Shown: positions 21,704-31,515, counted from the first letter of the stretch. The stretch is 64,000 nt of DNA from an uncultured Gammaproteobacteria bacterium (GCA_965231095.1 OZ246416.1:343277-407276); one strand, 5' to 3'. Notes: generated by a model not told the origin, from the sequence alone. Translations and numbers: made by a program.

Positions 21704-22687
21704 CTAGCGGCGCTTGCCCTTGCCGCCCTTCTTGTCGCCGCCCTTGCCCTTGTGGCGGTTGGAGTCGTCACCGAACTGGAAGCGCACGCCGCGCTTCTCC
21801 ATCTCGGCCCTGTCGCGCGCCTGCTCGGCGGCGAGACGCTCCCGGCGCGCGTCGCGTCGCGCTTCCCGCTCGGCGCGGGAAAGCTTCAGCTTCGCCGGCT
21901 CGGCCACGGGGACGGCCACGACCGCCGGTTCGGGCTTCTTCGGGGGCGGGACGCTCTCTCCCGCCGCCTTCTTCTGCCGCCGTTCGGCTTCGAACGCGGC
22001 ACTGCGGTAGTAGTCAAAGGGGTTGACGTGCCGGAGCGCTCCGGCCTCGAGCAGGATCATGAACTGCTTCTGACAAATCCCCGCGACCTCGTACTTGCCC
22101 TCCGCGTTCTTCACGATCGCGAAGCGCGTGGCCAGACCCTCATTGCGGCAGAGCTTGCAGCCCGGCACCCCGCAGAGCACCTTGCCGCTCTCGTCGCGCC
22201 GCGCCTGGAGCGGCTCGGCCTTGGCGGCCACGACCGCCTTCCAGTAGTCCACGGCGGCCGCCTGGGCGTGGATCGCGGCGTTCCTCACGCCGACGATCCC
22301 GTAGAGCGCCCCGATCTTCATCAAACGGCGGCGCTCTTCGGGCGGCATCCGCTCCGCGCAGATGTTGCAGATCGGCTCGAAGCCCCAGAGCTTCAGCCGG
22401 TCCCGCACGACCTCGACCAGCAGGGCCAGCTTGATCTTCCCGACGCTGTTGCCGTCGGTGTGCCCGCACTTCGAGCACACCCTCTTCTTCGGCTTCGCGG
22501 GCTCGACGGCCACGACGATCGGGTCGACCGGCTTCTCCGGCTCGGCCGCGATCTCGGCCACGACCGCCTCCGCCACCTCCGTCTTCACGAAGGACGGCAT
22601 GGCGGCCGCGATCAGGGCTTCGTAGTCCTCGTCGGTCAGGGTGCCCATCGGCACCGGAACCAGGATCGCTTCCATCGTTTCCGCCAT
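21704..22687 (-). CDS. GC-rich orphan protein with Cys (zinc-binding) motifs and a basic tail
   Basis: SD AAGGAGA before the ATG; CSKC, CNIC, CGVPGCKLC; GC3-rich codons unlike its neighbours. Confidence 0.75.
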   Translation of the reverse strand: MAETMEAILVPVPMGTLTDEDYEALIAAAMPSFVKTEVAEAVVAEIAAEPEKPVDPIVVAVEPAKPKKRVCSKCGHTDGNSVGKIKLALLVEVVRDRLKLWGFEPICNICAERMPPEERRRLMKIGALYGIVGVRNAAIHAQAAAVDYWKAVVAAKAEPLQARRDESGKVLCGVPGCKLCRNEGLATRFAIVKNAEGKYEVAGICQKQFMILLEAGALRHVNPFDYYRSAAFEAERRQKKAAGESVPPPKKPEPAVVAVPVAEPAKLKLSRAEREARRDARRERLAAEQARDRAEMEKRGVRFQFGDDSNRHKGKGGDKKGGKGKRR

Positions 22688-22722
22688 GTTCAGTCTCCTT
22701 TTTCTCTTCGGTGGCAGTTACG

Positions 22723-22961
22723 AAAAATCAGATCGGAAACCGATCTGACCTTGGCTTCCCGCTAAACGGGATGTGCCAGAGGAATTTGGAGGTGAGTTGG
22801 CCTGTTCTGATAACACAGAACTGGCCGGTGGCATTTTGGTCAATTAACTTTTAGTAACCCCGAAAATCGAGATACCGAAATTTAATTGAGCCTCATGCCG
22901 AGTCTCGCGGTCACCAATTAATGGTCCGCAAAAACCTTCCTCCTCCAAATTTCTCTGGCAC
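22723..22961 (-). promoter_or_regulatory. Structured 5' leader (multibranched RNA plus terminator-like hairpin) of the GC-rich orphan
   Basis: ~20-bp closing stem 22773-22792/22942-22961 enclosing three hairpins; tcagatcgg/ccgatctga + T5 at 22723-22748. Confidence 0.6.
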
Positions 22962-23029
22962 TATTTTGTAAAGAACCAGCACGACAAGCACTCTTTTTGA
23001 TCTTTAAGCCTATTTCAGCTTAACAAGTA

Positions 23030-23058
23030 AGTATAACATATATTCCGTATTTTGTCAA
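23030..23058 (-). promoter_or_regulatory. Sigma70-type promoter
   Basis: TTGACA-17-TATACT on the minus strand. Confidence 0.7.
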
Positions 23059-23176
23059 GAGGTTTTGACATTATTTTATATAAAATTCATATTTTTGGCT
23101 TAAATTAGCCAAAATAAATTGTTTATTTAAACACGAAATTAACGAGTATTTACAAATTTTAACAAATAATAAAAAT

Positions 23177-23213
23177 CCCTCTCCCCGGTGGGGAGAGGGC
23201 AGGGTGAGGGGGC
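23177..23213. repeat. BoxC-like palindromic repeat, copy 2
   Basis: ccctctccccggtggggagagggcagggtgaggggg; same orientation as copy 1. Confidence 0.7.
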
Positions 23214-23256
23214 AAATTACCAATTTTCCATGATTTCAACTCCTAACTTCCGGCCT

Positions 23257-25035
23257 CTACTTCTTCAAAACGGCTAAAAATGCCTCGGGCGGAATATCAA
23301 CTTTACCCATTGCCTTCATTTTTTTCTTGCCCTTTTTCTGTTTTTCTAAAAGTTTGTTTTTTCGCGTCACGTCTCCGCCGTACAGCTTCGCGGTCACGTC
23401 TTTTTTCATCGCCGGTAAATGTTCCGAGGCAATAATTTTTCCGCCGAGCGCCGCCTGAATTTTAACTTCAAACATTTGCCGCGGCAAAACTTTTTTTAGT
23501 GACTGAACAATTCTCCGGCCCACATCCTGCGCCGTGTCGCGATAAACAATTGTTGCCAACGCCTCAACCGGTTCGCTCGCGACCAAAATATCCATCTTCG
23601 TAACTTCGGCTTTTTTATATCTAAAAAATTCATAATTCAATGAAGCATAACCCGAACTCACACTTTTTAATTTGTCATAAAAATCCACAAGAATTGCCGA
23701 GAGCGGAATTTCATAATGCAAAATTACCCGATCGGCGTCAAGATATTCTGTGTTTGAATATACTCCCCTTTTTTCCTGAACCATTTGCATAATCCCGCCG
23801 ATGTAGGCGCTTGGCGAAACTACATCAATTTTTATCCACGGCTCTTCAATAAATTCTATCCGCGACGGATCGGGCAATTCCGCCGGGCTCTTTACAATTA
23901 CTGTTTCATTTTTTTGGTTAGTAACACGATAAGCCACGGACGGAACCGTGACAATCACATCTAAATTATATTCCCGCCGCAAACGTTCCTCCACTATTTC
24001 AAGATGAAGCAAGCCCAAAAGACCGCAGCGAAAACCAAAACCCAAGGCTTTTGATTGCTCCGTTTCAAAAGTGAGCGAGGCGTCGTTTAATTTTAATTTT
24101 AAAATCGCTTCGCGGAGTTTTGGAAAATCATCTCCTTCTTTGCAAAAAATCCCCGCAAAAACCATCGGCTTCACTTCTGTATATCCCGGTAAACCTTGCA
24201 CCATAGATTCTGAATTCTTACTTGTTATCGTATCGCCCACGCGGCACTTTTCAATTTCTTTCAAGCCCGTGACAATATAGCCGATTTCTCCGACTGATAA
24301 TTTTTCCGCCGTCTGAAATTTTGGTTTAAAATATCCTACTTCCAAAACTTCGCTTTCGGTTTTCGTCGCCATCAAAAACATCTTGTCGCCGCGGCGCACT
24401 TCGCCGTCAACCACGCGAACATAAGCAACAACGCCTTTATAATCATCGTACTTGGAATCAAAAATTAAAGCGCGAAGCGGCCGATCGGTTTTACCAACCG
24501 GCGGAGGAACTTTTTCCACGACCGCTTCCAAAATTTCCGGCACGCCAATGCCTGTTTTTCCGGAGGCCAAAATCACTTCTTCTCTGCTGCATCCGACCAA
24601 CGCCACAATTTCCTGAATTGTTTTTTCCACTTCCGCATTTTTTAAATCAACTTTATTGACAACCGGAATAATCGCGAGGTTTTGCTCCAGAGCCAGATAT
24701 AAATTTCCCAAAGTCTGCGCTTGCACGCCCTGCGTCGCGTCCACCAAAAGCAGAGCGCCTTCCACCGCGGCGAGCGATCGGGAAACTTCATAATTAAAAT
24801 CAACATGGCCCGGAGTATCAATTAAATTCAAAATATAATCTTTATAATTCATTCTGACCGGCTGAAGTTTAATCGTAATCCCCCGCTCCCGTTCCAAATC
24901 CATCATATCAAGCAGTTGATCTTTCATTTCTCTTTTGGAAACTGTTCCGGTAAATTCCAAAAGGCGGTCGGCGAGCGTCGATTTCCCATGGTCAATATGT
25001 GCAATGATACAAAAATTTCTTATTTTATCCTGCAT
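23257..25035 (-). CDS. lepA: Elongation factor 4
   Basis: IRNFCIIAHIDHGKSTLADR, DTPGHVDF, YGGDVTRKNKLLEKQKKGK. Confidence 0.98.
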   Translation of the reverse strand: MQDKIRNFCIIAHIDHGKSTLADRLLEFTGTVSKREMKDQLLDMMDLERERGITIKLQPVRMNYKDYILNLIDTPGHVDFNYEVSRSLAAVEGALLLVDATQGVQAQTLGNLYLALEQNLAIIPVVNKVDLKNAEVEKTIQEIVALVGCSREEVILASGKTGIGVPEILEAVVEKVPPPVGKTDRPLRALIFDSKYDDYKGVVAYVRVVDGEVRRGDKMFLMATKTESEVLEVGYFKPKFQTAEKLSVGEIGYIVTGLKEIEKCRVGDTITSKNSESMVQGLPGYTEVKPMVFAGIFCKEGDDFPKLREAILKLKLNDASLTFETEQSKALGFGFRCGLLGLLHLEIVEERLRREYNLDVIVTVPSVAYRVTNQKNETVIVKSPAELPDPSRIEFIEEPWIKIDVVSPSAYIGGIMQMVQEKRGVYSNTEYLDADRVILHYEIPLSAILVDFYDKLKSVSSGYASLNYEFFRYKKAEVTKMDILVASEPVEALATIVYRDTAQDVGRRIVQSLKKVLPRQMFEVKIQAALGGKIIASEHLPAMKKDVTAKLYGGDVTRKNKLLEKQKKGKKKMKAMGKVDIPPEAFLAVLKK

Positions 25036-25069
25036 ACCAAAAAAATCCTAATTCATAATTCATAATTTA

Positions 25070-26698
25070 TTACCTCGGTCCTTCTTCAATATTAACAATC
25101 GGTTTTTTAATTCTGAATAATTTATATTTTACGGCGTCGCGAACCGCAGTCATTTCTCGCGAACCAAGTGTCAGGGCGACCGCAGAAAAAATTAAAATCC
25201 CAACCGATCCGGCGCCCAGTCCTTGCCCAAGCACGCCCAAAAAAGTTTGCATATCAACATAGGGCGCGAGAATCGCTTTCATTGTTTGTGCGGCAAAAGC
25301 CATGAGCGAAGCGGCGGCGGAAATTTTAAAAGTTGATTTCAAAATATTTCCTTCGTCAAGCGGCCCGAATTTTATCCGAAGCACGATCCAGAGTAAAATA
25401 AAATTCAAAACTGAAGCCAAGGAAAATGCCATAGCCAAACCGGCGACCCCCCAGGGCCCTACCAAAAAAATCGCCGCCAAAATATTTACTGCCGCGGAAA
25501 TTAAACCAATAAAGAACGGTGTTTTGCTATCCTGCAGAGCGTAAAAAAATCTTGCCAAAAGCGGGATCAGAGCTTGGGCAAACAAACTCAAAACAAAATA
25601 CGCGAGCGTATCGGCCGTCAAAATCGTATCTTCCCAATTAAAATATCCGGCGCCAAAAATAACGCGGACAATTTGCGCGCGAAGCACTAAAAATAAAACC
25701 GAAGCGGGAATAATAAAAAAAACAATTTGCCGCGTGGTCTCTGAAAAACTTTTTATCATTTCTTCTTTTTTTCCGGCGGCGGCAAATTCTCCCAAAAGCG
25801 GAAAGGCGGCCACGGCAAAAGAAATCCCAATTATCCCCACGGGAAAATATTGTAAATTATTCGCTAAATTAAAAATCGCCAAACTTCCCGGAACCAAAGC
25901 TGAAGCAATAATTGTCATTACGACTAAATTTATTTGCGACACGGCAAGCCCAAGAGTTCTGGGAATCATCATCTTCCCAATCGCCCTGATTTTTTTATTT
26001 GCTAAATCAAAAAGCGGAGCGTAACGAAAGCCTAGCCGCCAGGCGGCAGGCGCTTGAATTAACATATGTGCCGCGGCGCCCAAAACCACGCCCCAGGCCA
26101 AACCATAAATTCCCCACCATCGCGTAAAAAATAGAGCACCGATAATGATGCCGATGTTGTAAAAAATTGGCGCCAGGGCGTAAACAAAAAATCTCCTGAA
26201 AGATTGTAAAACGCTTCCTAAAATATTGGAAAATCCCAAAAAAATCGGCGAGAACATCATTATCTGTGTCATCGTGACCGTCATCGCCATTTTTTCCGGA
26301 CCAAATCCCGGAGTAATCACAGGAACGATCCATGGCGCGAGCACGATAAACAAACCGCAAAGCACGGCGAGCGAGGCGCCCATAATATTCATCACGCTGT
26401 TTGCGATTTTCCAGGCTTCTTTCGGCTCTTCATTTTTTTCTTTGGCGGCGCAAATCGCGGCGGTAAAAATCGGAATAAATCCGGCGGAAAGCGCGCCCAA
26501 AATCAACAAATTAAAAATCAAATCCGGAATGCGGAAGGCGGCATAATAAATATCCAGCGTGTCACCGGCGCCGAATTCTCCGGCGAGAACGCGATCGCGA
26601 AGAACGCCCAAAAAACGAGATGCCAAAGAAGCTGCTCCCAAAAGAAGAGCAGCTCCGGTAATAGTTTTTGATTCTCCGTTTAAAATCTTACCAAACAT
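25070..26698 (-). CDS. murJ: Lipid II flippase
   Basis: SRFLGVLRD...AAFRIPD...GALSAGFIP; RFFYALQDSKTP. Confidence 0.95.
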   Translation of the reverse strand: MFGKILNGESKTITGAALLLGAASLASRFLGVLRDRVLAGEFGAGDTLDIYYAAFRIPDLIFNLLILGALSAGFIPIFTAAICAAKEKNEEPKEAWKIANSVMNIMGASLAVLCGLFIVLAPWIVPVITPGFGPEKMAMTVTMTQIMMFSPIFLGFSNILGSVLQSFRRFFVYALAPIFYNIGIIIGALFFTRWWGIYGLAWGVVLGAAAHMLIQAPAAWRLGFRYAPLFDLANKKIRAIGKMMIPRTLGLAVSQINLVVMTIIASALVPGSLAIFNLANNLQYFPVGIIGISFAVAAFPLLGEFAAAGKKEEMIKSFSETTRQIVFFIIPASVLFLVLRAQIVRVIFGAGYFNWEDTILTADTLAYFVLSLFAQALIPLLARFFYALQDSKTPFFIGLISAAVNILAAIFLVGPWGVAGLAMAFSLASVLNFILLWIVLRIKFGPLDEGNILKSTFKISAAASLMAFAAQTMKAILAPYVDMQTFLGVLGQGLGAGSVGILIFSAVALTLGSREMTAVRDAVKYKLFRIKKPIVNIEEGPR

Positions 26699-26707
26699 TT
26701 TCTGTTT

Positions 26708-27850
26708 TTACTTTTTTATTTTTTTCGCAATCATTAACTCTTCATTGGTCGGAATCGCCAAAACCCGCGGCGACCCGAAAATTTTCATATCTTTCATAAT
26801 TAAAGCTCTAACTATTTTATTTCTCTCCCCGATGCCAGCGGTAAAAACTATCGCGTCAACTCTTCCCAAAACCGCCCCGTAGGCTCCCAAATATTTTTTG
26901 ACACGGTAAATAAAAACCTGTAACGCGAGTTTTGCTAACTCCTTCTTCTCCGCGCTGACTTTTTTACTTTTGAAATTCGCCACTTTATAGCCGGCGGCAA
27001 GAAGTACGTCCCGCATATCGGAAAATCCAGAGAGTCCGAGCATGCCAGATTTTTTATTTAAAATATTATCAACTTCTTCGGGCTTTATTTTTAATTCGCG
27101 AATCAGATAAAGCGGAATTGCGGGATCAAGGTCGCCGGAACGAGTTGACATCACGAGTCCTTCAAGCGGCGTAAAACCCATACTCGTATCCACTGCCCGG
27201 CCGCCACAAATTGCCGTAATGGAGGCCCCGCTTCCCAAGTGACACGTGATGAGGTTTAATTTCGCGAGCGGTTTCTTTAAAATTTTTGCCGCCTCATTCG
27301 CCACATATTCATGCGAAATTCCGTGAAATCCATAACGACGAATCTTGTGCTTCTTATAAAAATCAATTGGCAGAGCGTAAGTATAGGCAAAATCCGGAAG
27401 AGTGGAATAAAAGCCCGTATCAAAAACCGCGACATTTTTTGCGCCGGGCAAAAGCTTCCCGCAAGCCCGAATTCCCATTAAATTTGCGGGGTTATGCAGC
27501 GGGGATAACTTATCATATTTTGATATTTTTTTCAAGACCGCTGGCGTAATGATTGTTGGTTTAGTAAACTCTTCGCCGCCGTGAACCACGCGATGGCCGA
27601 CCAGCGTGATTTCAGATTTCAGATTTGAGATTTTAGATAATTGCTCCAAAACTAATTTAAAAGCCTCTTCGTGATTTTTTACCGCGCGGAAAATTTTTAA
27701 CTCTCTCCCCGAAATTTTAAATTCCAAAAAACTTCCGCCCAAACCGATGCGCTCCACGACTCCCGATGCCGCCTCTTTCAAATTTCCAAAATCAAAAACC
27801 TTAAACTTCAATGTCGCGCTGCCGGAATTTATAACCAAAATATATTTCAT
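26708..27850 (-). CDS. ackA: Acetate kinase
   Basis: LVINSGS, GHRVVHGG, PLHN, RRYGFHG, DTSMGFTPLEG, TNEEL; start moved to MKYILV. Confidence 0.95.
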   Translation of the reverse strand: MKYILVINSGSATLKFKVFDFGNLKEAASGVVERIGLGGSFLEFKISGRELKIFRAVKNHEEAFKLVLEQLSKISNLKSEITLVGHRVVHGGEEFTKPTIITPAVLKKISKYDKLSPLHNPANLMGIRACGKLLPGAKNVAVFDTGFYSTLPDFAYTYALPIDFYKKHKIRRYGFHGISHEYVANEAAKILKKPLAKLNLITCHLGSGASITAICGGRAVDTSMGFTPLEGLVMSTRSGDLDPAIPLYLIRELKIKPEEVDNILNKKSGMLGLSGFSDMRDVLLAAGYKVANFKSKKVSAEKKELAKLALQVFIYRVKKYLGAYGAVLGRVDAIVFTAGIGERNKIVRALIMKDMKIFGSPRVLAIPTNEELMIAKKIKK

Positions 27851-27852
27851 AA

Positions 27853-28434
27853 TTATTCTAAAATCAGTTCTCCAAAACTGCAAACTTTTCCGCAGCCCGA
27901 GGCATTGGCTTCGTCAGTGTCAATATGGGCTGAAATATGAAAAGTCGGTTTGATGCGAACCACAACATTTTCAAAAATTAATCCCCGCTCGCCGGTAACT
28001 TTAACTTTTACCAAATCATCATTTTTTAATCCGAGCTCATCGGCTTCATTTTGATTAATATGTAAGTGTCGTTTAGCGATAATAATTCCTTCGACTAAAT
28101 CAACTTCGCCAGCCGGCCCGATAATTTTCGCGCCGGCCGAACCGGCCACATCTCCGGAAATCCGGAGCGGCGCGTCAATGCCCAAAGAAAACGCGTCAGT
28201 GTAGGAAAGCTCCACTTGTGTCGCGGATCGCACTGGCCCAACCACCCGCAAATTTTCCAAATTTCTTTTTGATCCAACTAAAGTCACGGTTTCCTCCGCC
28301 GCGAATTCCCCTTCTTGCGACAAATCCTTAATATTTTTCAAAACATAGCCCGCGCCAAAAAGTTTTTCCAAATCGACTTGATTAAGATGAATATGCCGCG
28401 CGGAAATTTCTACTTTTACTTTTATAGTTTTCAT
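27853..28434 (-). CDS. pduL: PduL-type phosphate acyltransferase
   Basis: SARHIHL, RHLH, HIDTDEANA; adjacent to ackA. Confidence 0.93.
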   Translation of the reverse strand: MKTIKVKVEISARHIHLNQVDLEKLFGAGYVLKNIKDLSQEGEFAAEETVTLVGSKRNLENLRVVGPVRSATQVELSYTDAFSLGIDAPLRISGDVAGSAGAKIIGPAGEVDLVEGIIIAKRHLHINQNEADELGLKNDDLVKVKVTGERGLIFENVVVRIKPTFHISAHIDTDEANASGCGKVCSFGELILE

Positions 28435-28435
28435 A

Positions 28436-29434
28436 TTATTTTCCTATTAATTTTGTGACCGTTGTCCAAGCTAAAAGCGGCTCTTGCGCTCCGATGCCGG
28501 TCAAATTATACGCGCTGTTTAAGGCGGCGAGTTTCGCGGCTTTCAAAACATTTCCGCAATAGCGAATATAGCCGGCAAGAAAACTTGAACAAAATGCGTC
28601 TCCCGCGCCGGTCGTGTCCACAACTCTTTTGCTTAAAGAAGCTTGATGATAAATTTTTCCGCGAAGATAAATGTACGCGCCTTTCGCGCCGTCCGTAATT
28701 ACTAAAATTCCTGGACAAAATTCCGCCAAAACTCCAAAAAGATTTTTGGGCTGATTCAGCCACGCTGTGCCGGCTTTTTTATATTTTGGCAGAGACATTA
28801 CAAGTTCAATCGCCTCATCTTTATTTACAAAAAATATCGCCGTTTTTGCCAAATATTTTTTTAGGCCGGGAAGTCCGGCGGCTAGCTGTTTATTTCCTGG
28901 ATTCCAGGCAAGACGAGACTCTTTAGATATTACCGCATCCATCACGCCGCGCCAGCCGTCGCCGGAAAGCGACGCGACGTAAAACCAATTCGTTTTAAAT
29001 TTTAAATCACGCGCCGCGAGTTTTAAATTGTTATTCGCCCCGCGAAACAAAAACGCCGTGTGCTCCATCGCCGCGCCAAAAGTCACAATAAAAGAAAAAC
29101 TGGTTTTTAGAGCCGGATCAATTTGAACAAATTTTGCGTCCACTTTATTTTTTACCAAATTAGCCGCGACCGCCCGGCCATCTTCGTCTTTCCCCACTCG
29201 CGCGATTGTTGCGGTTTTTAAACCAAGCCGCGACAGGGCCACGGCGGCATTGGCTGCTCCTCCGCCAAAAGTAAAATGCGCTTTTTCAATTCCAATTTTC
29301 GCGCCGAATTCAAATCCCAAAAGTTTCTGCCGCAGGGGATCTTTCATCTGAGCGACTAATTTTCCTTCTTTAGTATAAAAAGTAATGTCTCGCGCCGCTC
29401 CGCCGACTGTCACGACGTCAAAATTTTTTGCCAT
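28436..29434 (-). CDS. PfkB-family carbohydrate kinase
   Basis: GGGAANAAVALSRLG; DTTGAGDAF. Confidence 0.9.
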   Translation of the reverse strand: MAKNFDVVTVGGAARDITFYTKEGKLVAQMKDPLRQKLLGFEFGAKIGIEKAHFTFGGGAANAAVALSRLGLKTATIARVGKDEDGRAVAANLVKNKVDAKFVQIDPALKTSFSFIVTFGAAMEHTAFLFRGANNNLKLAARDLKFKTNWFYVASLSGDGWRGVMDAVISKESRLAWNPGNKQLAAGLPGLKKYLAKTAIFFVNKDEAIELVMSLPKYKKAGTAWLNQPKNLFGVLAEFCPGILVITDGAKGAYIYLRGKIYHQASLSKRVVDTTGAGDAFCSSFLAGYIRYCGNVLKAAKLAALNSAYNLTGIGAQEPLLAWTTVTKLIGK

Positions 29435-29436
29435 AA

Positions 29437-29733
29437 TTATCTTTTTAATTTCTTTAATTGCGTAATCAATTTATCCTTTGCGAGGTCAATCGCCTCAACA
29501 ATTGTGTGGTCGTCTTCACTCACGAGAAAACTTTGTTTTGGCAATTTTAAATCGAAAGTAATCTTGTATGCGCTGTTTGTCATAAACTTTTCTGCCTTAA
29601 TCCGGAGCGAAACCGAATCTTCCGCTTGGCGGTGAATTAATTTTTCTAACTGCGGAATTTTCGTCTCCACATATTCTTCGCACCACTTCTTCTCCGCCGG
29701 AGTAAGATTTTTGAAAAAATAATCAATTTGCAT
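29437..29733 (-). CDS. hpf: Ribosome hibernation factor (HPF/RaiA family)
   Basis: 97-98 aa; AIDLAKDKLITQLKK C-terminal helix typical of HPF. Confidence 0.75.
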   Translation of the reverse strand: MQIDYFFKNLTPAEKKWCEEYVETKIPQLEKLIHRQAEDSVSLRIKAEKFMTNSAYKITFDLKLPKQSFLVSEDDHTIVEAIDLAKDKLITQLKKLKR

Positions 29734-29800
29734 ATATAAAATATTAGTTGTTAATTAGTAAATTATAGCATAAAATCACGAAAAGACGAAACTGAATCTA

Positions 29801-29829
29801 TTGACAATTTGTTAAATATCTGATATTAT
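29801..29829 (+). promoter_or_regulatory. Sigma70-type promoter of the GC-rich two-gene unit
   Basis: TTGACA-17-TATTAT with an extended TG. Confidence 0.7.
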
Positions 29830-29866
29830 TTAATGTCACAATTTCGTGACTAGAAAGAAGGATGCC

Positions 29867-30391
29867 GTGCGCTACTTGTTCATCCCGAGCTGCGAAGTGG
29901 CAACGAAAGATACGCTGGAGGGCACCACGACCGAAAAGCGTCTCATCCGCGGACTCGCGCTCTGGCAGAGCGGCAGGTTCGATGCGATCATCGTGACGGG
30001 CGGCGTCTATCTTCCGCCGGAACAGCAGACGCTCCCCTCGGGAATCCTGATGAGACAGTGGCTCGTCGAAAAGGGCGTCCCCGAGAAGGCGATCATCTGC
30101 GAAGATCGCTCGCGCGACACCTACGAGAACATCACCGGCGCCCTGACGCTCATCACCGACGACCCCGCGCCAGAGTTCACGGTCGTGACCCACTGGCAGC
30201 ACGCGCTGCGGTTTTGGGTGACCTTCCGCCTCGCGCACCGGCGCAAAATACGCCTCGTGCCGATGTGGTACTGGATCGGTCTCAAGGGTTTCGTGTTGGA
30301 GTGGGCGATGTTGCTCATCCACATCGTCGACCCGAGAGGAACCGGAAAAATCGCAACCCGGAATCGCGAAACGCGCAGCCAGAAGTCGTGA
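29867..30391 (+). CDS. YdcF/ElyC (DUF218) family protein, GC-rich
   Basis: IIVTGG, EDRSRDTYEN, VVTHWQHALR; likely GTG start after SD AAGAAGGA. Confidence 0.85.
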   Translation: MRYLFIPSCEVATKDTLEGTTTEKRLIRGLALWQSGRFDAIIVTGGVYLPPEQQTLPSGILMRQWLVEKGVPEKAIICEDRSRDTYENITGALTLITDDPAPEFTVVTHWQHALRFWVTFRLAHRRKIRLVPMWYWIGLKGFVLEWAMLLIHIVDPRGTGKIATRNRETRSQKS

Positions 30392-30427
30392 AACGGTTCG
30401 CCGCGAACCACCGAGAAAGGAAAAAGC

Positions 30428-30658
30428 GTGGAAAACGAATTGAGGAGGCAACCCCGACAGTTCAAGTTCGTGGCAGTAGGAATGGCCTTGTTCGCGCTCT
30501 TGACGATTCCCAGTGCGGTCATTGCCCTCATCCTGCCAGCACCGATCGGCATGATGTTTTTCAAGCTGGTCATCTCCACCGGAACCGTGGCGATCGTGAT
30601 CTTCCTGGCGCTGGTGCGACGAAGCATCAAGCGACGAGAGAAGGGGGAGCACACCTAG
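30428..30658 (+). CDS. Small two-TM protein, GC-rich
   Basis: Two hydrophobic segments; SD GAAAGGA; terminator follows at 30698-30725. Confidence 0.65.
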   Translation: MENELRRQPRQFKFVAVGMALFALLTIPSAVIALILPAPIGMMFFKLVISTGTVAIVIFLALVRRSIKRREKGEHT

Positions 30659-30723
30659 CGACGGAACAAGTCGTAAAACCAGCCACACGGCTGGATCGAG
30701 AGCCTTCGACAAGCTCTCTTTTT

Positions 30724-31290
30724 TTATTTAAACCTCACTGGCACAATTAACGAATCAGCGTATTCGGGAAGGCCGGAGGGATTATCTTTTTCTAAAATCA
30801 AAGTTCCGGTCGCAGTGGTTGGCGCGATAAATTCCAAAGTTGCTTCGAATGGCACAAAATTTTCCGTCATCCATTCCCCTTGCGCCTGGGCCGGAATAAT
30901 GGCGAGTTCGGCGCCATTTGCGTCCAAAAGCTTCACCGGAAAACTGGCTTCAAAATACCACGTACCGCGGGCTTGGCCGGTAATTTCGAGCGGACTGGTC
31001 ACGATCGCGTTCGGACGCGGCGAATCAATTTTTATTAAATTTGTTTTTTCCAATTCATTGCCGATGTATTCAATAAAATTTTGACCATTTGCCCGGCATT
31101 GGCGCGGATAAGATTCCATGACCGGATTTCCGGCGGCGACGCATTCTTCAAAGTTTGTGACTGTGCTCACGGGAACGTTTTGATTTTCATTTTCAGCTGG
31201 CGGAGTTGTTTTATAAAAATTGTAGTAATAAAACACTCCACCCAAAAGTAGGATAAGAACGATTAATAAAAGCGCGATTCTTGTTTTCAT
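30724..31290 (-). CDS. Gmad2 Ig-like domain membrane protein
   Basis: NFEECVAAGNPVMESYPRQC repeat; GQARGTWYFEASFPV...DNPSGLPE. Confidence 0.85.
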   Translation of the reverse strand: MKTRIALLLIVLILLLGGVFYYYNFYKTTPPAENENQNVPVSTVTNFEECVAAGNPVMESYPRQCRANGQNFIEYIGNELEKTNLIKIDSPRPNAIVTSPLEITGQARGTWYFEASFPVKLLDANGAELAIIPAQAQGEWMTENFVPFEATLEFIAPTTATGTLILEKDNPSGLPEYADSLIVPVRFK

Positions 31291-31296
31291 AGTTTT

Positions 31297-31515
31297 TTAA
31301 ATTATTTCTAAAACTTTTTGTCGTGAAGTAAATCCAGAGACAATTCTGATGCGCGGCGGCGCAATTTTAAAATATCCGGCGATGGCTTTGATAATCGCCT
31401 GATTAGCCAAACCCTTAACCGGCGGCGCCGTGACTGACACATTAAAATTATTTTCATCCACGCGCTCCACTAAATCCTCATGCGCTCTTGGTTTTGCATT
31501 TACAAAAATTTTCAT
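31297..31515 (-). CDS. DUF167 (YggU) family protein
   Basis: VNAKPRA, VTAPPVKGLAN, SGFTSRQK; start moved to MKIFV. Confidence 0.88.
   Translation of the reverse strand: MKIFVNAKPRAHEDLVERVDENNFNVSVTAPPVKGLANQAIIKAIAGYFKIAPPRIRIVSGFTSRQKVLEII

Noticed and set aside
21605-22765. 386-aa plus-strand ORF
   Set aside because: Antisense shadow of the GC3-rich minus-strand gene, which has the promoter, SD and terminator.
29798-30750. 304-aa minus ORF and 230-aa plus ORF over the DUF218 unit
   Set aside because: They overlap the recognisable DUF218 and two-TM genes in other frames.
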